Positions 57,529 to 64,000 of a DNA stretch of 64,000 bases are shown piece after piece; position 1 is the stretch's first letter; each line of letters begins with the position of its first letter. The stretch is from assembly GCA_964576115.1 (NCBI GenBank), contig CAZNUA010000007.1, positions 1-64,000 on the forward strand, read 5' to 3'. A program made the translations under genes and the position numbers. The DNA is from an uncultured Gemmatimonadota bacterium (GTDB lineage: Bacteria; Blakebacterota; Blakebacteria; Blakebacterales; Blakebacteraceae). The notes beneath the pieces were generated by a model that did not search any database, was not told where the DNA came from, and saw nothing but the letters and a program-made list of their open reading frames with translations.

Positions 57529-59028
57529 TCACCTCCCAAGGATACAGCCGCGGGGGGTGAAGGCAATCGTCCAGGCGTGCTGACAGGGTGGTGACGAGCG
57601 CACCGAACGGGGAACGCGTACGACAACCTCTCCATCCTCCAACCGCCATGTCAGAGCCCGCTCGACCCCCAGCATGTGCACCTCGCTGCCCGGTTCGGGT
57701 CTCAGGGCCGAAAAGCGGATCTCTTCGGGCGGCGCCTCCTCTCCCCCGGCAGCCAGGTAGATGGCGTGCACCCGTTCCCCGGGCAGCTGCGTGAAGCAGA
57801 TGTTGCCCTCCTTGTACGGCGCAATGGCCCGGGTCTCGTAGATGGCCGGGGAGTTCACCGCCATCCATTCCCCGATCTCCCGCATGCGCTCCAGAGCTGC
57901 CGGAGGGAGTTCCCCTTCGGGGGAGGGACCCACGTTGAGCAGGAAATTGCCCCCCTTGGCGACGATGTCGACCAGCAGGTGGATGAGCTGGCGAGTCGGT
58001 TTGTAAGTATCGTCGGGGTTGTACGACCACTGGTTGGCCATCGTCATGCAGGTTTCCCACGGATACGGCGGCGGCTCGTCGGGCACCCGCTGTTCCGGCG
58101 TGCGGTAATTCTCGTAGCGGCCGTGCACCGTGCGGTCGACGACGATCAGACCCGGCTGGTGGCGGCGGGCCATGGCGGCGATCCGGGGCATGTCGATATC
58201 CTGATCCTGCGGCAGGGCTCCGGCCCAGCCGCGGCTCTCTTCGGTCAGGGTCTCGATCGGGCGCACCCAGCCGCCGTCGAGCCAGAGGATGTCCACCGGA
58301 CCGTACCCGGTCATCAGCTCTTCGATCTGGCCGCAGGTGAAATCGCAGAACCGCTGCCAGCGTTCGGGGTACTTCTCGATCGAATAGTTCACGTTCCGGT
58401 CGGGGGTGGCCCACTCCGGCGCCCAGTAATCCTCGCAGTGCCAGTCGGCTTTCGAGAAGTAGGCTCCGGTTCCCAGACCGCGCTCGCGGAAGGCCTCGAA
58501 GATCTCTTTCGTGACATTGGCCCGGGGATCGCTCGCGAACGGGGTGGACGGTCCGGTGACCGAAAAGTCGGTCAGATCGGTATCGAACATGCAGAAACCG
58601 TCGTGGTGCTTGGTGGTGAAGACCACGTAGCGCATGCCGGCCCCGGCGGCAGCCTCGGCCCAAGCAGAGGGGTCGAAGTTGACGGGATTGAACTCCTCCT
58701 GCAGACCGAAGTAGGCGCGCTTGTACTCGCAGTAGTCGCGCATGTGGCGGCGGATCCAGGACCGATCTTCGGAGCAGATCGACCACGATTCCACGATCCC
58801 CCACTCAGCGTAGATTCCCCAGTGCATCATGAAACCGAACTTCCAGTCCTGCCACTGTTCGAGCTTTTCGAGAACCAGGGGATTGGTTTCCCGCTCATCG
58901 GGATCGTACTCCTGGGCCTCTACCGGCCGGGCGGAGGGGATCAGGATCGCGACGGCGAGCAGAAGGGCGGCGGTCGCGACGGCAATCCGGATGGGGGATG
59001 GGAAAAGAGGGTCTCGGTCTGCGCTCAT
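57529..59028 (-). CDS. GH29 alpha-L-fucosidase (exported)
   Basis: KFGFMMHWG, TTKHHDGF, WLDGGW, WETCMT, GGNFLLNVGP; signal peptide ending VEA-Q. Confidence 0.92.
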   Translation of the reverse strand: MSADRDPLFPSPIRIAVATAALLLAVAILIPSARPVEAQEYDPDERETNPLVLEKLEQWQDWKFGFMMHWGIYAEWGIVESWSICSEDRSWIRRHMRDYCEYKRAYFGLQEEFNPVNFDPSAWAEAAAGAGMRYVVFTTKHHDGFCMFDTDLTDFSVTGPSTPFASDPRANVTKEIFEAFRERGLGTGAYFSKADWHCEDYWAPEWATPDRNVNYSIEKYPERWQRFCDFTCGQIEELMTGYGPVDILWLDGGWVRPIETLTEESRGWAGALPQDQDIDMPRIAAMARRHQPGLIVVDRTVHGRYENYRTPEQRVPDEPPPYPWETCMTMANQWSYNPDDTYKPTRQLIHLLVDIVAKGGNFLLNVGPSPEGELPPAALERMREIGEWMAVNSPAIYETRAIAPYKEGNICFTQLPGERVHAIYLAAGGEEAPPEEIRFSALRPEPGSEVHMLGVERALTWRLEDGEVVVRVPRSVRSSPPCQHAWTIAFTPRGCILGR

Positions 59029-59201
59029 GGCTGCCTCGCACGGTCGGCAGGGAAGTCTTTCTCCTGCCTGTGACTGCCTGTCAGGCACTACCTGCGGCTT
59101 TCGTGAGATGAAGAAACAGTAGCATAAATGATGCACAGAAGACATCAGGCCGTCATGCCGTCATCACCGCGCCTGGCCGGCCGGGCGCCGTGTCGCTCCC
59201 G

Positions 59202-59228
59202 GGAACATCCCTTGTCACGTGCCGTGAC
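59202..59228 (+). promoter_or_regulatory. Possible ECF-type promoter with overlapping inverted repeat upstream of the cyanophycinase
   Basis: GGAAC(59202-59206)-N16-CGTG(59223-59226); GTCACG-TGC-CGTGAC at 59214-59228. Confidence 0.4.
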
Positions 59229-59289
59229 TCTGGGCTATGAAAGAGAACAGATCAACCGTCCCCGCACCGCTTCGCACCGGAGGTCCACC

Positions 59290-60204
59290 GTGACGAACGC
59301 CCCCCGCACCCGCCGCTTTCTCCCGACCGTACTTCCTGATAGGTCCGCTTCCACCCGCACGCTCGTTCTTGCACTTCTGCTCACCTCAGCTCTCGTCAGT
59401 GTCACCGCCTGCACCTCCCGGCCGCGCTTCGGCCCCGAGCCGGGCGCTCTGGTGATCGTTGGCGGCGGCCGGGTCGGGCCCGAGATATGGGGCCGCTTCA
59501 TCCAACTGGCCGGCGGGCCTGAAGAAGCCCGGATCGTAGTCGTGCCCACCGCCGGGGGCCGGGAAGAGTACGATGAGACCCAGGTCGTCAGGGCGTGGCT
59601 CGAAGACCGGGGAGTGACACACGTACGCATGCTCCACACCACCGATCCGCAAGTGGCCGATACCGAAGCCTTCGTCGAGCCCCTGCGCGAGGCCACCGGA
59701 GTGTGGTTCAACGGCGGCCGGCAGTGGCGGCTCACCGACGCCTACCTGAATACCCTGACCTATGAGGAGTTCCACAATGTGCTCGCCCGGGGCGGGGTCA
59801 TCGGCGGCTCCTCGGCCGGGGCCACCATCCAGGGCACCTACCTGGTGCGTGGCGCCCCGGAGGGCAACACCATCATGATGAGCCCGGGGCACGAGATCGC
59901 CTTCGATTTCCTCAAAGGGAGCGCCATCGACCAGCACATCGACCGGCGCAACCGCTGGACCCATCTCTACGAAGTCATCGTCGCTCACCCCGAACTGCTG
60001 GGAATCGGAATCTCCGAAAGTACCGCGCTCATCGTGCAGGGCAACTGCTTCGAGGTCATCGGGGCCGGGCAGGTCACCATCCATGACGCCCGTCGCACCT
60101 TCGCCTACGGCGATACCGTGCACTATTTCACCCTCGATCCCGGTGACTGGTTCGACCTGCGCACCCGCAGCGAGATCGAGATGCTCCCGCAGCCGGAGAA
60201 CTGA
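59290..60204 (+). CDS. Cyanophycinase-like S51 serine peptidase, lipoprotein
   Basis: LVIVGGG, PTA, GGRQWRL, GGSSAGA, IDQH, GISESTA; lipobox VTAC; GGAGG RBS before the GTG. Confidence 0.88.
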   Translation: MTNAPRTRRFLPTVLPDRSASTRTLVLALLLTSALVSVTACTSRPRFGPEPGALVIVGGGRVGPEIWGRFIQLAGGPEEARIVVVPTAGGREEYDETQVVRAWLEDRGVTHVRMLHTTDPQVADTEAFVEPLREATGVWFNGGRQWRLTDAYLNTLTYEEFHNVLARGGVIGGSSAGATIQGTYLVRGAPEGNTIMMSPGHEIAFDFLKGSAIDQHIDRRNRWTHLYEVIVAHPELLGIGISESTALIVQGNCFEVIGAGQVTIHDARRTFAYGDTVHYFTLDPGDWFDLRTRSEIEMLPQPEN

Positions 60205-60264
60205 TCCGCTCTCCCGGAGGCTCACATCCGCCCTCCCGGAGACACGGAAAAATCCAATTCCCGC

Positions 60265-60299
60265 GAAACCTCTTCCTCCCCGGTACCGTTTACAATGTA
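60265..60299 (+). promoter_or_regulatory. Putative ECF-sigma promoter and adjacent palindrome upstream of PadR-4
   Basis: GAAAC(60265-60269)-N17-CGTT(60287-60290), then TACA-A-TGTA (60291-60299). Confidence 0.6.
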
Positions 60300-60317
60300 G
60301 GCAATCAAGGGGGTATC

Positions 60318-60650
60318 ATGGGTAACGCCTCGATCATAGGTGAATTCGAACAGATGGTTCTGCTGGCGGTCCTGCGGATCGGTGTCGAAGCACACGCCGC
60401 GCTCATCCGCAGCGAGATCGAAGAGGCCACCGGACGTGAGGTCTCGCGCGGCGCCGTCTACACCACCCTGGACCGGCTCGAGAACAAGGGCCTGCTCAGC
60501 TCGTGGATGGGCGAGTCGCGCCCGGTACGCAGCGGCCGGGCCCGCCGGTACTACACCGTCGAACCGGAAGGTCTCGAAGCTCTCAACGAAGCCCGGGCGG
60601 CACTCGATCGCCTCTGGGCCGGGCTCGACCCGGTCCTCGGAGATCTGTAG
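60318..60650 (+). CDS. PadR family regulator (PadR-4, GEFEQ subtype)
   Basis: GEFEQMVLLAV, GAVYTTLDRLENKG, GRARRYY. Confidence 0.93.
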   Translation: MGNASIIGEFEQMVLLAVLRIGVEAHAALIRSEIEEATGREVSRGAVYTTLDRLENKGLLSSWMGESRPVRSGRARRYYTVEPEGLEALNEARAALDRLWAGLDPVLGDL

Positions 60651-60652
60651 CG

Positions 60653-63340
60653 ATGTTCCGGCGGCTGCTCGCGCTCATCCTTCCCCGCCGGGAGCGCGAG
60701 CGGGTTCTGGCCGACCTGGAGGAGGAGTTCCTGGCCGAACTCCTGCCCCGGGCCGGTCGACGGGCCGCCCGGCGCTGGTACCGGCACGAGGCTCTCTCAC
60801 TGGCGGGTTCATATCTCTGGCACACCGTACTGCTGGGACGGCCGCGCGAGATTTCGATCGTGCTCGCCGCCCGCCGGTTCAGGCGCCGCATGGACGGTTA
60901 CAGCTCATACCGTGAACGGAGCGGACGGATGGAATCGATCTGGCAGGATATCAGGTTCGGAGCACGCTCGCTCAGCCGGCGGCCGGGCTTCACCCTGACT
61001 GCCGTCGCCACCCTGGCTATCGGGATCGGCGCCAACATCGCCATCTTCACCCTGCTGCACGCCTTTCTTCTGAATCCCCTGCCCTTCCGCGAACCCGACG
61101 AATTGATGCACATCTATGCCAGTCTGCCCGAATACGGAATCGGGCATATCAGCTGTTCCTATCCCGATTACACCGACTGGCGGGAGAGAGCCCGGAGTTT
61201 CTCCGAGATGGGCGCCTACGACTGGGGTGATTTCAACGTCATCACCGGCGGGGAGCCGGAACGGCACGAAGGAGCCCGGATCAGTCACACCCTCTTCGGC
61301 ATGCTGGGGATCGAAACGGCTCTGGGGCGCAGTTTCAGTGAAACCGACGATTCCCCCGGGGCTCCCGGCACAGCCATGATTTCGCACCAGCTCTGGCAGC
61401 GGCGCTTCGGGGGCGATCCCGGCGTGCTCGGCCGCACCCTGCAGATCGACGGCGAGCTCTATACCGTGATCGGTGTGGCCCGGCCCGAGATGCGTTTTCC
61501 CGAGCATTCCGACCTCTGGCTGCCCCTGCGCGAGGATCCTTCGGCCGACCGCAACAATTTATTCCTCAATGTCGTCGGCCGCCTGGCATCGGGGGTCTCG
61601 TGCGAGGCCGCCCGGGAAGAACTGCGGCAGATTACAGTCAACCTGGCCGAGACCTACCCCGAATCCCTCTCCGGGATCGTGATCGACCTGAACCCCCTGC
61701 AGAGGGAATTCAGCTCTCAATGGCGGCAGACCATCATCATCTTCTATGCCATCGTCTGCCTGGTCCTGCTGCTGGCCTGCGCCAATATCGCCAACCTGAT
61801 GCTCTCCCGGCTTTCGGGACGGCAGTCGGAGATCGCGGTGCGCTCGACCCTCGGAGCCGGACGCGGCCGTCTGGTACGTCAGCTCCTGATCGAGAGCCTG
61901 CTCCTGGCCGGAGTCGGGGGTGTGACAGGACTCGTCGCGGGTGTTCTGGGGCGCAAGCTGCTTCTGGCCGGCATCCCCGAGCAGTTTCCCTACTACGTGC
62001 GTTTCGAAGCCAGTCTGCCGGTCGTCCTCTCGATCATCGCCATCACGGTCACGGCCGGGATCCTCTTCGGTCTGGCACCGGCGCTCAGTTCCTCGCGGCC
62101 CGACCTGGCCACCTTCATCCAGGGAGCCGGCCAGCGGACCGCCGGAAGCAGGCGGCGCAGCATGCTGCGTTCCGGATTGATCATCTTCGAAGTGGCGGTG
62201 GCGACGGTCGTGCTCATCGGGGCCGGGCTGATGCTGCGCAGCTTCTTCAACGCCCGGCAGACTGAACCCGGTTTCGATCTCGACGGCGTCGTGAGCGTTC
62301 ACATCTCCCTGCCCGAGCAGAGCTATCCCGACGGAACCAGTCACCGCGCTTTCGCCGATGCCCTGACCGAGCGCATCGACCGCCTGCCGGGGATCGAGAG
62401 CGCCTCTTTGATCTCCACCGTCCCGATGGCCCGTCCCGCCTATGCCCGCTTCTACACACCCGAGGGCCATCAACCAGAGGAAGGGGAACGACCCCGTTTC
62501 AGTTTCTACTACAGCATACAGCCCGATCTGTTCGACATCCTGCGGATACCACTGCTGCAGGGACGCCCGTTCACGCCCGAGGACGGCCGTAGCGGCTCGC
62601 CGGTAGTGATCGTCTCGCAGGCCTTTGCCGAACTGAACTGGCCCGGCGAGAACCCGGTCGGCAAGCGCCTGAAGTGGGGTCCGGTCGATTCGGATAATCC
62701 CTGGATCGAAATCATCGGCGTGACCGGTGACGTGCGGGAACAGGCTCTGGCCCAGGAAGTGTCGCCCTGCTGCTTCCTGCCCATGCCTCAGGAACCGGAA
62801 GCGGAGTTCGATCTGGTCGTGCGCACCGCAGGCGATCCCCTCGAGCTGGTGCCTTCCGTCCGCGAAGCAGTGGCGCAGATCGATTCCGACCTGCCGATCT
62901 ATGACATCCTCACCGCCCGCGACGTGATGCGGCGGGCCAACTGGCGAGCCAATCTGACCACCTGGCTCTTCGGCGTGTTTTCGACCATCGCCCTGATCCT
63001 GGCAGCGGTGGGGATCTATGGCGTGATCTCTTTCGCCGTTTCCCAGCGTCTGCGCGAGATGGGCATCCGGATCGCGCTGGGAGCCCGCCCGGGTGACATC
63101 GTGGGTCTCATCATGCGCCAGACGACCCTGCTGACGGCGATCGGGATCGGCCTGGGGCTGGCCGGTGCCGCAGCCGGCACGCGGGTGCTCGAGAGTCTGC
63201 TCTTCCGGACCGGGACCTTCGATGCGCCGACCTATCTGGGCATGGCGGCGATCATGCTCGCTGCCGCTCTGGCGGCCGGCGCCATCCCCCTGCGTCGGGC
63301 CCTGAGAGCCGATCCGGTGGAGGCGATTCGTCATGAATAG
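60653..63340 (+). CDS. ADOP-like permease (ADOP-5) with DLEEE/WY-type prefix
   Basis: ADLEEEF...ARRWYRHEA prefix; MESIWQDIRFG; TLAIGIGAN; EMGIRIALGA; DPVEAIRHE. Confidence 0.92.
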   Translation: MFRRLLALILPRRERERVLADLEEEFLAELLPRAGRRAARRWYRHEALSLAGSYLWHTVLLGRPREISIVLAARRFRRRMDGYSSYRERSGRMESIWQDIRFGARSLSRRPGFTLTAVATLAIGIGANIAIFTLLHAFLLNPLPFREPDELMHIYASLPEYGIGHISCSYPDYTDWRERARSFSEMGAYDWGDFNVITGGEPERHEGARISHTLFGMLGIETALGRSFSETDDSPGAPGTAMISHQLWQRRFGGDPGVLGRTLQIDGELYTVIGVARPEMRFPEHSDLWLPLREDPSADRNNLFLNVVGRLASGVSCEAAREELRQITVNLAETYPESLSGIVIDLNPLQREFSSQWRQTIIIFYAIVCLVLLLACANIANLMLSRLSGRQSEIAVRSTLGAGRGRLVRQLLIESLLLAGVGGVTGLVAGVLGRKLLLAGIPEQFPYYVRFEASLPVVLSIIAITVTAGILFGLAPALSSSRPDLATFIQGAGQRTAGSRRRSMLRSGLIIFEVAVATVVLIGAGLMLRSFFNARQTEPGFDLDGVVSVHISLPEQSYPDGTSHRAFADALTERIDRLPGIESASLISTVPMARPAYARFYTPEGHQPEEGERPRFSFYYSIQPDLFDILRIPLLQGRPFTPEDGRSGSPVVIVSQAFAELNWPGENPVGKRLKWGPVDSDNPWIEIIGVTGDVREQALAQEVSPCCFLPMPQEPEAEFDLVVRTAGDPLELVPSVREAVAQIDSDLPIYDILTARDVMRRANWRANLTTWLFGVFSTIALILAAVGIYGVISFAVSQRLREMGIRIALGARPGDIVGLIMRQTTLLTAIGIGLGLAGAAAGTRVLESLLFRTGTFDAPTYLGMAAIMLAAALAAGAIPLRRALRADPVEAIRHE

Positions 63341-64000
63341 CGGACGCGCCCCGATCCTGCTCCGGTTCGGCCTGCGGCTCTGCCTGCCGCCGAACGAGCG
63401 GGTCCTGCTCCTGGCCGATCTCGAAGAGGAGTACGGCAGCCGGATCAGGCCGCGGCGCAGTCCGCTCTGCGCCCGGCTGTGGTACTGGCGCGAGGGACTC
63501 TCTCTGCTCTTCTCCTGCCTGGGAAGCCGCCTGCGCGGCGAGGCCCCCCGCGACCTCACGATCGTGCTCGAAAGCCGGCGCTTCCGGCGACACCTGAAAG
63601 AACACCGTGAACCCGAGGAGACACGAGGCCACCTGATGGAGAATCTCTGGTACGATCTGCGCCATGCCCTGAGCAGCCTGCGCCGTCAGCCGAAGTACAC
63701 CCTGGCCGCCCTGCTGACCCTGGCTCTGGGCATCGGAGCCAATACCGCCCTCTTCACCGTTCTCAACGGGGTAATCCTGCAGCCCCTGCCGTACGATGAT
63801 CCCGGTCAGCTCGTCAAGCTCGATCACCGGGAGATCGGCCAGGAGAATTTCACCTCCTACCTGACCGGTCTCGATTTCCTCGACGTGCGCGAGCGCGCCA
63901 CCACCCTGTCCGAGGTCGCCTGTTACTACGACTACCGCCTGACCGGTTTCGATCTGACCGGGGGGGACACTCCCCGCCGGATCATCACCATGCCGATCAG
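63333..64000 (+). CDS. ADOP-like permease (ADOP-6), truncated by the window end
   Basis: Not in the ORF track; my translation reads MNSGRAP...ADLEEEY...RLWYWREG...MENLWYDLRHALSSLRRQPKYT...TLALGIGANTALF, open to the end. Confidence 0.9.
   Translation, partial: MNSGRAPILLRFGLRLCLPPNERVLLLADLEEEYGSRIRPRRSPLCARLWYWREGLSLLFSCLGSRLRGEAPRDLTIVLESRRFRRHLKEHREPEETRGHLMENLWYDLRHALSSLRRQPKYTLAALLTLALGIGANTALFTVLNGVILQPLPYDDPGQLVKLDHREIGQENFTSYLTGLDFLDVRERATTLSEVACYYDYRLTGFDLTGGDTPRRIITMPI

Noticed and set aside
12861-60652. Upstream extensions in the ORF track (starts at 13067, 20263, 36025, 42609, 57408, 60503 etc.)
   Set aside because: They overlap neighbouring genes; downstream starts have RBSs and match family N-termini.
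472-63559. Long antisense or alternate-frame ORFs (e.g. 472-2469, 18605-20542, 28717-30801, 42492-44747, 61559-63559)
   Set aside because: Shadow ORFs expected in high-GC DNA opposite well-supported genes; no recognisable motifs.
1-64000. CRISPR arrays, tRNA/rRNA genes, IS elements, prophage, riboswitches
   Set aside because: No spaced direct repeats, cloverleaf or rRNA signatures, or transposase/integrase motifs seen by eye; intergenic regions are short. An Infernal/Rfam scan would be needed to exclude small RNAs.

Overview
A GC-rich (roughly two-thirds G+C by eye), gene-dense bacterial chromosomal segment from a diderm. The TonB type, V-ATPase operon type and PadR/ADOP expansion suggest an FCB-group or Acidobacteriota-like organism; this is inference only. 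I found no tRNA, rRNA, CRISPR array, integrase or transposase. Main content: (1) six MacB/FtsX-type duplicated orphan ABC permeases (ADOP-like, the last truncated by the window end) with four PadR regulators; (2) a TetR operon encoding an MMPL/RND transporter fused to a LolA-like domain plus an outer-membrane protein; (3) exported hydrolases (two GH29 fucosidases, Tat sulfatase, BNR/sialidase-fold protein, GGT, M28 peptidase, DUF885, cyanophycinase-like lipoprotein); (4) a four-gene redox operon (GltD-like flavo-Fe-S protein, FAD oxidoreductase, KorA, KorB); (5) a hybrid histidine kinase, tandem TonB paralogues and a MenA-like prenyltransferase; (6) a V/A-type ATPase operon (E, DUF2764, A, B, D, I, K) with a Na+ signature; (7) an ADP-forming acyl-CoA synthetase and a MenAT1-like toxin-antitoxin pair. 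The strongest non-annotated signal is a shared ECF-sigma-type promoter (AAC-N16/17-CGT) in front of all five PadR/ADOP transcription units and both tonB genes. In the four PadR units it is followed by a unit-specific palindrome, and PadR subtype matches permease N-terminal prefix type one to one. Together these suggest a two-layer envelope-sensing system. All family calls come from motif recognition by eye, not database searches.
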